Shown here one piece after another: positions 49,141-61,544 of a stretch of 64,000 nucleotides of DNA. Origin of the DNA: Podarcis filfolensis (Eukaryota). The notes beneath the pieces are model-generated. The model worked only from the letters and a program-made list of their open reading frames with translations. It searched no databases and was not told where the DNA came from. How positions within the stretch are numbered: position 1 is the stretch's first letter; each line of letters opens with the position of its first letter. The position numbers were made by a program, and so were the translations under genes. Location of the stretch: NCBI GenBank assembly GCA_964270895.1, contig OZ185439.1; one strand, 5' to 3'.

Positions 49141-49284
49141 CATAGAGTCAGAGAATTGTAGAGTTGGAAGAGACCACAAGGGTCATCTAGTCCAGCCCAC
49201 TGCAATGCAGGAATCTTTTGCCCAATGTGGGGCTCAAACCCATGGCCCTGAGATTAAAAGTCTCATGCTCAAATGGCTGAGCTA
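49141..49284 (-). mobile_element. tRNA-Lys-headed SINE with CR1 3' tail
   Basis: Reverse strand atagctcag...gagcatgagacttttaatctcagggccatgggtttgagccccacattgggc plus CR1 tail. Confidence 0.85.
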
Positions 49285-49482
49285 TAAGGCTGGTCAGTAC
49301 AAAGCAATTTTCCTCAGAATTGCTTAGCTTCTGAGAGTCCCTAGACATCAGGAATTTGTAAAAGGACTTCTAGATCAGAGGCTGTTGCCAGACAGATTTG
49401 GGATTAGACATCTCTTTTTCTAGAAATCAAGCCTCCCTAGACCTAGTCATTTTGCCTTCAAAATGCCAGAGCACACAGGATT

Positions 49483-49832
49483 GACATCCCCTCTAACATT
49501 TCTCCAATGAAAATAGGGACGTCCCACTCCATAATGATAACTTTACTGTTTATACCCCACACATCTTACTGGGTTTCCCCAGCCACTCTGGGCAGCTTCC
49601 AACATATATAAAAACATAATAAAACATTAAATATTTTTTTAAAAAATCCTTCCCTGTACAGGATTGCCTTCAGATAGCTAAGGGGTTGGATAACTCCATA
49701 CCCCCAACATTTCTCCAATGAAAATAGCGATATCCTAAGGAAAAGCGGGACATTCCAGGATCAAATAAGAAACCAGGATGGATTCTCTAAATCAGGGACG
49801 TCCCTGGAATATAGGGACACTTACAGGGTCTG
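49483..49832. mobile_element. Composite hAT-like MITE containing an antisense L2 3' end
   Basis: Duplicated left end aacatttctccaatgaaaatag near 49496 and 49706; 49545-49675 is the reverse complement of the L2 tail seen at 17040-17150. Confidence 0.75.
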
Positions 49833-50950
49833 GATTGAGTTTTTGGCTCAAACCATTTCATGGAGGATATCAGTGGCTTTACTACTACCCAAATGAAAAT
49901 GAAAATATCTCTGAAGACCATTTACTGGGAATAGCAGAATTCTGGCTGTGTTCTTTCATAGGTTTCTGGTTGACCAATGAGGGAGAAGAACATTGAACAG
50001 GCCCTTGATCTGATACTGCAGAGTAGAGCAACCCCACATTAGTTGCCATCTTTGGCTGCTGAAGGCCAGAATCATACCTGGTATACATAATACCTGGCAG
50101 ACATAATATAAATCAGATTAATAATAAAATAATACTCTAGAAGTAGATTTTCTCCTGTGAACACTACTTAAACATTTATTTAAAACATTTATATACCCCC
50201 CTCACCCTCTTTGAGAGGTATGCATTCAGTTGTATCACAGCGCAAATACAATGAAACCACAGGGAAGGAAATCCTTTTCCAATTTGACTTCACAATGAAT
50301 TAAAATGCTGGATGAGTAAGAACATTTTTGTCGGTTACCCAAAGGATTGTGATGTAGGCACCCCACAGCCACTATCCCTCTGCTGAGAAAGCTCTTTCCT
50401 TTGTTGTTAAATAGTGCACCTCTGAGGCACTGTGGAGAGGTATATTTTTGTTTTATTTCTCAGGTAAAGCTTTGTTTCAAAGGAATGCGCAGGGGAATCC
50501 ACACCGTTCAATGTAAAGGGATTTGTGTATGTAAAATGTTGCTCTTTCTGTTGAGACCTGTGGAGAGGCGCGTCATCAGCGGGACGGCTGCAGGTGACTG
50601 TCCATTTAATTGCAATTTTTCTAAAAGAGCTTTTGTTATAGACAGACGCAGCAGACTGGCAAATTCTAACTGGTCGTCTGAGTACATCCTGACTTTATCC
50701 CCTTGGACCATAGTTGCGGCCTGATGAGAGGGAAGAATTCTACCCAAATTTGACATGATTGGCTGGAGAAAGGTCTTTGAGAGTATCCTGCAGCTAAGAG
50801 CCACTGGGTGGCTGAATGCCAGAAGTGGCAGAGGGTGCATAAGAGATCCCAGGGGTCTCCAACCCAGCGCCTGCAGGTGCAGGGACACCCACAAGGTGTG
50901 CCAAGGCAGGAGCCACAAGTGCAGAACTTCTGATTATGACTCTGAAATTA

Positions 50951-51178
50951 CATACCCTCCAACATGCCACACAGGGAAATCAGGACGCACATTTATGGGG
51001 GCCATACTCCAGTGCGAGTGACATGACTCATATGAGAGCAAGGCCCCCTAAAACGTGCATTTGGGGGGGCGTGCTCTCGGGGGAGCCAAAACGATACATC
51101 CCGAGATCCAATCAGAAGTCGGGATAGCTTATGTAATTGCGGGATGTCCCACTCAAATTGGGACAGTTGACGGGTATG
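50951..51178. mobile_element. hAT-like MITE
   Basis: Ends cataccctccaac / gttgacgggtatg; flanking 8-mer tgaaatta repeated; ggga(c/t) subterminal motifs. Confidence 0.7.
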
Positions 51179-51409
51179 AAATTATTATTTTGAGAGTAGG
51201 TGGTCACTAGCTTTAACTGTATTGCTTTCATTTTGGCATCTTTGCTGCTTCCTTTGGGGGAAGGCACAGGATATAAATTTAACACATAATAATTAAAGTG
51301 CAGGTGGGTTGATAGAAGAAGAGGTGTTGCCTCAGGTTTTCAGGATCCAATGCATCTAGGGTCTCAAAGGTAAATGCCAGCCCCTCAAAGAAGGTCCAGA
51401 AGCAAAGCC

Positions 51410-51611
51410 AGACCTTTGGCTGACCTTTGGCATCCTGTGTCCTTTTAAATATGTTTGTGGTGGTGTGGGAGTAGGAGTAGCGTGGGGGGGGGGTCATTGG
51501 TCTGTTTCATCTTGTTCTTGTTTTTATTATGTATTTTGTGCTTTTATCTTGTATTTGTATGTGAACCACCCTGAGATCTATGGGTGAAGGGTGGTATACA
51601 AATGTAATTGA
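51410..51611 (+). mobile_element. L2 3' end; its (TAA)n tail continues at 51834-51850
   Basis: gtgaaccaccctgagatctatgggtgaagggtggtata L2-type terminus. Confidence 0.65.
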
Positions 51612-51833
51612 TACAGTGGTACCTTGGGTTACACACGCTTCAGGTTACAGACTCTGCTAACCCAGAAATAGTACCTCGGGTTAAAAACTTTGCTTCAGGA
51701 TGAGAACAGAAATTGTGCTGTGGCGGCAACAGGAGGCCCCATTAGCTAAAGTGGTGCTTCAGGTTAAGAACAGTTTCAGCTTAAGAACGGACCTCTGGAA
51801 TGAATTAACTACTTAACCCGAGGTACCACTGTA
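51612..51833. mobile_element. Tigger-like MITE (copy 2 of 3, opposite orientation)
   Basis: Same TIRs with TA duplication; inserted in the L2 tail. Confidence 0.93.
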
Positions 51834-54683
51834 ATAATAATAATAACAATAACTTGATGTAATATTAATATGCCTGGCTGTACCAATCAAAATTTTGGCT
51901 GTTGCATTCTGCAGCAACGGAAGCTTCTGGGTCACCTTTAAGAGTGGTCCCAGGTATAACAGTAATGAAAATGGGAACTTTTTGCTTGTCAGCCAACATG
52001 TTTATGAGGGTACTAAACAGGCATTACATGGATCTGGTCCTCAGCAGCCAGAGATTTCCAACCATTCTGGTGCTTATATCAAGCACATTAGAACAGTGGT
52101 TTCATTTCTGGGCCATTTTTGCCTGAATTGATGTGAGATGTCATGACCAATAATTACATTTAAACGAGCTGCAAAAGGAACTTTGGCTATTTAATTAGCA
52201 GCACTGTGGATAAATACATGTAGCTGAGCTGGCTGCTAATAATTAATTGTTTTACATTCTGGTTGATATGCTGCAGGTTGCCTAAATGGAGCTTAGCTTG
52301 TTACACTGTTAATTAAGGACCTGAATTTAGTAGATTTCCCTTTTCACAAGAGCGTTTTATCAGCCTTTTTCCTCCCGTGAGAAATAATCTGGCACCCTGG
52401 GGCTGGGCAAAATTGTCTTGCAGCTCTGGCATCTGGCTCCCTGGCAGACTTCGTAGACAGCTGTGTCTGTTATGTTAAAATTGTGTCTTATTTCTACACA
52501 TCGTTAGGTTCTCTTGCTGGAGTGTCAGGTCTGTCTGCTACTCAAGCGACGACTTAACTCTGCTGGCCTGGTCTTGAAGAACATGGGGCTCTGGGATCAC
52601 CGCTACAAGTAAGAACCCTAAGGCCCCCTATGAACTTCTACACTCCTCAGAATCTGAGATCTTCAGGAATTTTCATGTTCCAAGCACCTGCCACGTCTGA
52701 AAATAGGCTGATAGTTGCAAGGAACATGACTGGTTTGGTAGTGGGGCCCTTCTTTGTCTATGGAGGCCTGACAGGTCAATAGGATTGTCTATCACAACAA
52801 AACCTATAGCCCATTTTTGCTTTCAGGCTAGTTCCAGAAAACTCAGAAAAGTACTTTAGGCAAATATACATTTTTTTGTAGCATCTCTCCTATGCCTGCC
52901 AAAATTATTGGGGTGTGTCTCTGCACCCACTTTGAGTTCCACCCCAGCACAGTATACGATATAAGAAATATGTCAGAAGTAGACAACCAAAGAGGCCCAA
53001 TCCCTCCTGACTTTTTAAAGCCTACATAAACCGTTTCATTCTGGGAGTTCTTTGAGGCACCTGGCTACATAATGATGTTTGTCACTGTTATTTTGCTAGT
53101 TGTTTCATCCTGGCTTTTTATATGCTTCACAGGGAATTTAAATACACACCCACACGTAAGGACTGTGTGTGGTCTGCTTTGGTCCTGAGAAACAGCTACT
53201 TGTAAGAAATTAGAGTAAGATCAGTTACCTTGGCACTCTCGGCTAAGCAGCTACACAGTGTTCTGATAGGGTTACAGGGTCCTCTGCAAAATTCATGCCG
53301 AACACGACATATCATGGCAGTAACAAATGATATCTTTTCTCACCTTCATCCCCTTGGATTTTCAGATTAAGCAGAAAGCAGAAGGGCCTTCATCTGAGCT
53401 AAAAATGAATTTTAAACTGAAGAAACAAATGAACTCTTCGTGCTCATCATTCATTCATACACTGGGACCAGTTAGGCTGCTTGTAGTTTCTGCCCCAATG
53501 TCTTCATAATTAAGAACCAGCAGGAGCATGAGAATCTGCAGAGGGAGAAAGGAGGTGGGCAACTGCCTCTCCATGCAGATGAATAGGAAATCCCTACTGC
53601 TCAGCTTCATTTAAAAAAGAAAGATTGAATTTTTAGCATTTGTACAACCTGGCTTATCGGGCAAAATGTACACACAACCTTCGTCTCATTTTTTGTGAGA
53701 AACTAGCCTGCTCTCCACTTTCAGTGTTTTACTTTGCCCACCCATCCAAAAAATATCCTGACAGACAGCTGTGCTTTTGTTTTCGTGCTGAGGTCCAGTC
53801 TGCTGGCTTGGGCTCTTCTACACCAAACACAACTTTAAACATGCCTGCATTTCAGGACAAACCCCTTCCCTCCCATTCAGGGCACTGACGTTGGCCCCAA
53901 ACTGTCGGTGCCCAATGTCAGCATGTGCCATGCCATAATGATGTCTCAATGTGATGTCATCATGGCATGACATGCGTGTTCCGGTGCCACGGCCTCTGCC
54001 CCCTGCTTCCACTGCCACGGCTGCCGCCTCTGACTGGACTGGGCCTAAGTGCCAGATGTAAGGTGGAGAGTGGCCCCACAGAGACCGTCACAGCAGGTCC
54101 TGCCAGCCCTTTCAGAGGGCAGGGCTCCTCCCTGCTTCGGCTGCGTTGAGCTGCATTGGGCCCTCCAGTCACTCTGATGGGCTCTGACTGAGCCTACTGC
54201 TGCAGGCTATGGGTGGCATGGAGAGGTGGGGGGGGGCATTGTGCAAAGGTGGCCAGGGAGGCAGCATGCAGCAGCGGTGGGAGTTGTGGAGCCCAAGTAC
54301 CCACAGGCACCCACAGCAAAAAAAAATTGTGGAAGCCTTGGCACCCAGGACCCCAGAGAGTTGGCACCTATGTTCCCATTCTGAACAGAGGAGAACCTCG
54401 ATAACAGCTTCTTTATATATTAAACTAACTAAAATTGCTGTAGAGGGCTCCGTTGTCTGTCTGAAGGTTTTCGGAACTAATTGTCTTCTATACTCCTGAT
54501 TGCTTTCTTCCTGTGCCAGGCTCTCGGAGTAACTTCTGTCCCATTTATTACACACAAACACCACCTTTTCCCTTGACAGGGATTCATGGCACCTTACAGA
54601 TAAAATAGAAACAGCTAAAAACATGAGGGTGTAGGGGGTGGAATCATTAAAAAAACAATTAAACATTAATAGAATTCAAGCTA

Positions 54684-54760
54684 TATATAGAATCAAAGAA
54701 CTGTAGGGTTGGAAGGCATCCCAAGGGTCATCTAGTCTAACCCCTTGCCATGTAGGAAGC
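54684..54760 (-). mobile_element. CR1 3' tail fragment
   Basis: tagaatcaaagaactgtagggttggaaggcatcccaagggtcatctagtc. Confidence 0.7.
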
Positions 54761-55299
54761 TCAATACATAGTCCCCCTTCCAATTTAAAACCAAAAGAGA
54801 GCATGCAACCCTTTTTTACCTGTTTTTCAGGTGATTACGTGGTGTTTGGGTATAATGCAGTTTTCCTCCGCCTGCCAGCCCATTATAAACTCCCGTCTCA
54901 CCGCAAGGCGCAGACAGCAGAACAATGGCTTTGATCAAGCTTCGTGAGGATAATCCCAGATCACTCTTATCTCCAGAGCAATTGATATAGCCAGGCTATC
55001 TGTCTGGCTATTATCAACCACCACATAGTTATCTTCTGTCAGCTGGAGCTAACAGAAAGATCCAGGTTGCCATTCCTCTCAAGCTCTCCCATTCAGCTCT
55101 ATTTCTCTGTAACATCTAAGTCAGTGTCTGGTTATAGCTGTGGGATGGATGAGGATCAATAAACTGGGATAGAATCCTGGTAAGTGGTCTTGTGGGTCAT
55201 GGATCAGGGAAAGTGTTCATTTGCCTGTCCTGGGCAGGATGACTCTCGCCCAGGTTCATCATCTAATTCAGCTTTGTCACTAGAGACTCAAGTGGCTTC

Positions 55300-55600
55300 A
55301 TTGCCAATGGTGGACTTTAGGCTCTCAAATTTCAGCAGCACCCTGTGTAACACTAAAATTCAGGGCCCCAATTCTCATGCTCCATTCTACAGCATTGCTG
55401 TGGTGCCCAGTGTGGGCAAGCCAGTCAAGCTATGCTAAAACCACCTCTGCCATTGCATAGTTGTACCTTCTGCCATTTCAACTGGTATGCCAGCTATGGC
55501 TATTCCTGGACAGGGATAATCTGGCCATCAGTAATCTCAGTGCCTGAAGTTGTCCAGAAGCTGCAGTTAATCCATGTTAACATAAAAATGCTGTATGATA
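55300..55600 (+). mobile_element. Ancient L2 ORF2 fragment
   Basis: Translates QLWLFLDRDNLA and VQKLQLIH, resembling L2 RQLRPFL...KLQLVQNAAAR. Confidence 0.45.
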
Positions 55601-57849
55601 ATTTCTATATAGAGTGGGTTCCTAAACACAAAACCCATTTCTGCTAAAGTAAATACACACACCTGTTAAATCTTTCAGTGCTATTTTTAAGCTCATTCTC
55701 AAATACCAAAGGTAATAACACACTCATGCTTTTACCACACAGTAACTCCATGCTGGTTCTACCCTAAATTATACAGAGATGTGATGGAATAATAATGGAA
55801 ATTATGTTTACTTTTGCTATAATCATCTTCAGAATTCATTTTTTTCTTTTCAAACATACTCTCTGCAATTATAATCCTTTACTCATCTTTGTAATAATAT
55901 ATTTTAAGACTCATTGTTCCTCTTTACAATGATTTAAGAAATCTGTTATTACTACCTACTGTGATACCACCACTAATATATTGTATCTACTATATATGCT
56001 TAGTTTTGCTGTGCTTTGTGTTACTTTTTGGTGCTAAAACAGTCTCTCCCTTAGCTACCTTTGGGCATCATGTTCCTATGTATGTTTAGCTGTTAACAGG
56101 AGCAGAGGAAATTGCCTTCAAGGAGACCATTGGTCTATCCTGCTCCAAGGATGGGGTTCCTTTTCAGCCCAGTGGGCTAGATTGCCAGCTAAATTTGAAA
56201 TGTGGGTTAGGCAGTCTATCAGTCAACCACCTGATATCATAATGATCCACCAAGTGAGCAATGAGTCACACAGTAAGTTCAGAAGGATAAATTTGGGAGT
56301 TACTTTCCCTGAACCAATTATAAACCAAGTACCAAACACCACACAGGTTCAGGCCCAGCCTTTGATAGGCTCAGCTAATAATGCTGTTGAACTCTGTGCA
56401 AAGCTAGTACTATTTGATCAGTTGCTGTTGATCATGAAGCTGAACGGAAAAGCCAGCCCAAGGTGGTGGTGGTGGGGAAGGGGAAATCAAGTGACTGCAA
56501 TGTTAGAGATTCAGTTCATGTTTTATGCATGTTCCAGTTTGCCAGAGTCTGGAGCACTTCTGGTCCAGGTTTACACAAAGCTCAGTAGCTGTGGCTGCTA
56601 CCAGGGTCCTGAGGCAACCGAGGACCCAAATTTCTGGTGGGCTTTTCTCATGCCCAGTGTGTGTTTGAGTTTGTTCTAAATAAAGGCTGTGCACACACTC
56701 CTGTTTACTCTGCATTCAGTACCGTTCCCACTGCTTCTTTGGGAAGCAGTGATAGGATACACATTGTTAGCTGTAATCCAAGTCTACCCTGCTCTTTCTT
56801 CAATCCAAATTGAGGACTGTTCACTGGATAAAAACATCCTTGCCTGTGCTAGAGCCTCTTGTATAGAAAGACAGTGGGTGACTTAGATGCACATCGGACC
56901 ATGCTGATATGTGCAATAGTGTGGCAATGCAGTTTGAAATGCAGTGAAAATGAACAAACTTGCTGAATTTTAAGCTGGTAATGTATAAGCAACCCAAGAG
57001 AATGGTTCACCATTCTTCATATAAAGAGTGTGACCTACATGCATATGGGAATAGTCTCATAGCCTGGAGTTAGTTGTTCAGAAACTGCTCACACTTATTG
57101 GGAAGGGACTGTTGTTTCTGGCATTAGCTTACAGCACTATGTGATGATTGTGAAACAACTACCCTGTATGCACTGTGGAGAAAAGAAGTATACACTGATC
57201 TGATTGCTGGGTATGCTAAATATTAGCAATGCATTCATCCCTTTGTTAGATGCATTGACACACCATAAAGCAAATGAATTATAAAGCTGGGATTAGAGTA
57301 CTTGCTTGCTAGATTTTAATGTGAAAATGAAATAGACATAATGGCTGTGTTTGTCAAATAAAGCCAGTGACTTGTGTCTCCTTTGTAAATGTATTTGAGG
57401 CAGTGAGTATTATGAAATGAAGCCCTTTTTCCATGAGTGTATGGTTATTCTCTTAATATTAACTCTGTTCTACTAAGTAGGAACCCCTCCCCCATATGTC
57501 TATATTTCCCATCCTTGGCTCAATATGCTGAGTAGCATCATCTTCACATTATGTTGTGTTAAAGCAAAAATAGTTTCATTCCTCTAGTCTCATCTCATAA
57601 ATCATTTTCTCAAGACACATAATTTAAGCTGCCACTGTGTATATAAATAAGGGGCAATGGAACAAAACCTCTCTGGAGATTTCAATATATGATCTGCCTG
57701 CACAAAACCAATATAATATTTTTCTTTTCTCTTGAAGTGCCACTGCATTCTGAAAACATCGATTCAATTTCTTATCTGCAAAGCCTTGGAGATTCCTTTG
57801 GCAAGTCTGTTCAGCGCATTCCTATGCTGAATCCTCCCTTGTAACACTT

Positions 57850-58950
57850 AGACACAACACCTACCTGTGTTGTGAAGTCATCAAAAGGCTACAGGGGAGA
57901 CATTCCTTTAGATAGCTTAGTCCCAGACCATTTAAGACTCTTAGAGTACTTTAAATTGTACCCCAAAACAAGCAGGCAGTGTGGATCTTTCAAAATTGAT
58001 GTTCTGTGGTCCTTTTGAGCAGTTCATAGGAGGAACCTTAAAGCTGCATTTTGCACCTGCTCCAGTTTTCAAACAGCTTTAAAAAGTAAACCTACATGCA
58101 ATGAATTACAGTAGTCCAGACTGAGCTTATGATGCTATATATCATGAAAGCCAGAACCTTATTCTTCAGGAAAAGGATACAACTGCCACAGCAGAATTCA
58201 TGTCACATCTGAATCTTTCATGATCTCCACCAGGAACTTCATGTAGTTGTTAAAGACATAAGATTAATCCCTGAGGAACCCAGGGTGTGCGCAGTAGAAG
58301 GATTGTTGTACTGCTATTGCTCATCACAAGCACTAATTTAGCCATAGTCTCCCCTTTTCTCTCCCAGTGAAGGTCATCCATTAATATGACCAATGCAATT
58401 TATGCCCCATAACTAACTGGGCTTGAGACTGGATTGATAAAGGTCCAAATGTGCCCAGAACTGAACAGTCATTACATGCAGTGCACACAATGGTGAAAAA
58501 GTAAGGATGCTTTGCCACCGTCACCACAGAAAAGGCTTTAAAATGAGCTCAACCTTGTGTTTAGTCAGATTTGTCACAAGTTTGTCTCCAATTACACTCT
58601 AGGTGTCATCCCTCCTGCTTCCTTGAACACATTTTCCAGTTATACTACGGAACAATTCAGACTCTATTCAGTAAGGAAGGATGTCTCAGAGTAACAATTT
58701 CCCATGGAGACCAGAGTTTCACAGATGGGCTGGCAGATTTAGCTGAAAAAGCCCCAAGGGCATATGGCTGCTGAGTCCTTCAGCCAGTTCATGCAAACTG
58801 CTGGCTCTGCAGATCTCACCAGGCAACGATCTGTTGATGACAAGAGAAGTCTTGATATTGTCTGCTCTCAAGCCATTCCCTTCCCAACATGAACAAAACA
58901 TCAAACTGATGGTAGAGTTTGCCTTGTGATGCATGGCTGAGCTGAAGCAA
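57850..58950 (-). mobile_element. Ancient, highly degraded L2 LINE
   Basis: Antisense LNGLGLSYLKECL and gaattacagtagtccag (RLDYCNS-like) motifs; extent approximate. Confidence 0.45.
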
Positions 58951-60639
58951 CCTGCCCTACAGACAACTGGTTCTATCTGTGGTCATGGTGGCCATGCAAT
59001 CTTGTGTGGGACATACTTGACAGGCTCATCGCCTCTTCCTGTGCGCAAGCAAGATCCGAAATGGCATCCCTCTGGATCACACTATGTATAGGTGCTTAAT
59101 ATATCTAGAATCACGCCACTGTTCCATATGATATGACAAATGCTAGAGTGAAAACAGATAAATGCCTCTGACTGGTCCAGCCCCTAGTCTGCACGCTCAG
59201 TTTCAGCACATCTGCAGTGCATTAACTATAAAACCCAAAGCAAATTGTTTCTAAAATATTACAAGGCAACAACACATAATAAAGTAGCAGTCCTTAAGCA
59301 TAAGGGAAACATCTGGTTTTAATGTTTTTATGTACTGCCGGTTATGACTATTTACTTGACCTTTTCCAGTCTGGTTCACTATGTATTATTAAGAGTTCTT
59401 AACTCGATGTCTATAATACTTTACTCAGACCAACCTTTCAAGTGTATAAATAATATCACCCTCAGTGGTAATTGTCACAGCACACTCTCTTGCTCCTCTG
59501 TACATTCCTTAGTGATAGATTGAAATGATTACCTTTTTATAAAACTATTTTGCTAAAATTCAAGGTACATTTCCATTACTTCTTGCAAAAGTTATGCCTA
59601 AAGAACTACTCTGGAATTACTGGAATAGCTGTAAAAATGGCTTTGGTTTTCAACTGGAATTGTTCCCTACTGCCTACTAAATCCCAACAGTATGAAAATC
59701 TGGGAGCTATTTGCAACTAGGAAAGTAACGAATCAAATTCAAGTAGCCAAAGATATGGGAAGTCCTGACAATTTGTATTAATTTATTTATTTGCAACATG
59801 GACTTAGCTTATAAATTGTATAGTACTCATGAAACCAATTCCATATTTTATAAATAGATATATTTTAGATATATATAATTATCATACACTTAATATGATA
59901 TAACCCTAATCCGAGATTATATTTGATTTCTACAGTATATGGTTTATTTCTTTGCTTGAAGCTGCTTAATATAGTTTATTAATAACATTTGTAACTGATT
60001 TTATATTTCATAAAAGCTATTTAACAGTGCAGTCTTATGGATCTCTACTCAGTGGTAATCCCTATTGAATTCAATGGTACTTGCTCTCAGGTAAATGTGT
60101 GTGTGCAGGGCTATGGCCTCAATTATTTAATTCTGTTGTGGGATATGGACTTTTTTCGTTTATGCTTTTATGTGCCCTATGTTAACTAATATTTTACCTA
60201 ACCTTAACTTTCAGTTTCATGGCATGTATTGTATGTCCTCTTTCTATCTTTTTTCTTTTTTCTGAAATAAAATCTTTTTTAAAAAGAACCATACAAGATG
60301 CTCCCAAGAGAGTATATTGCTGTTTATATATCTAGCAAAGATATGCACCCAAACATTTTTATATGACAGCACTAATCTTTGGTTTGTAGTTATAATTTTA
60401 ACATAGGTTTTTAATACATATCTGATATTACTTGCATAAAAGTTAAATGAAAGATATTTCCCAAACACAAAATGCCATGAGAAAGAACTTAATGCACCCA
60501 TAAACATACATTCAGGAACAACAGTCCAGTCCCACCCCTCTTTCCAACAGTGGCCAGCTGACCAGTTGCCCCAGGGAAGGCTTTACAGTGGGCCCACCAT
60601 GAGCTTCCTGTTGGATTTCTGAGTGATACCTATGACCCC

Positions 60640-60939
60640 TGGTTTGAGTAACAATTACTCAGTTTGTGGGGCGCTACAAAATGTGATATTTGTGCTACCA
60701 AATCCTGCAAAACAACTACAAAACTTTGGGACCAGTTTGGAGTGAATTGGACGTTGTTGGATTTCTGGGTATTAACTATGAACCCCGGTTTTAATATATC
60801 AAATACTCAGTTTGTGAGGCACTACAAAATGTGAGGTTCACACTACAAAACCCAACAAAATGACTACAAAGCTTTGGCGCAGGTTTGGAGGGGATCCAAA
60901 ATTTCGTGGTTCCTAGTTAACGAAGCCAGTATTTGAAAC
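60640..60939. repeat. Unnamed dispersed repeat with 148-bp internal period
   Basis: tactcagtttgtg...ctacaaaatgtga...ctacaaa(a/g)ctttgg...tttggag recurs at 60656 and 60804. Confidence 0.7.
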
Positions 60940-61169
60940 TACAGTGGTACCTCGGGTTAAGTACTTAGTTCATTCTGGAGGTCTGTCCTTAACCTGAAAC
61001 TGTTCTTAACCTGAAGCACCTCTTTAGCTAATGGGGCCTCCTGCTGCTGCCGTGCCGCCGGAGCACGATTTCTGTTCTCATCCTGAAGCAAAGTTCTTAA
61101 CCTGAAGCACTATTTCTGGGTTAGCGGAGTCTGTAACCTGAAGCGTATGTAACCCAAGGTACCACTGTA
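60940..61169. mobile_element. Tigger-like MITE (copy 3 of 3)
   Basis: Same TIRs with TA duplication. Confidence 0.93.
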
Positions 61170-61544
61170 GTAAAATCTAATGCCGCAATCCACAACAGAG
61201 GCAGATGCACAAGAAAGCCAGCTTTTGCATGCTTATCTCCAGCCAGGTGAACAATCACATATTCACATGATTCTCTAACCCAATTTAGTAGACAGGAAGA
61301 CAGGCTAGAGTGTTTAATTCCCCTTCTCCATCAAGTAGCTGATTTACAGGAGTGCTGGTTAGAGTAATTAAGTTCTCTGATGCTGAATTACTTGATACTG
61401 TTTCTCCACTGAACACGCTACAGAAATCACACATGCAGCCGCAGAACCAAATGCCTGTAATGGGCTGGAGAAGCAGGTCTGCTTGTCTTTGGCTGCACTC
61501 AGCGTTCCCTCGAACAGAGCAAGAGTGTTGAACTTGGACCTGGC

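Noticed and set aside
49210-49284. Possible tRNA-Lys gene (also 30010-30077)
   Set aside because: Stems and boxes are mutated and the sequence is fused to a CR1 tail, so these are SINE heads.
54169-54666. 165-aa ORF on the - strand
   Set aside because: Runs from unique AT-rich DNA into a GC-rich repeat relic; no domain or splice support; length is compatible with chance.
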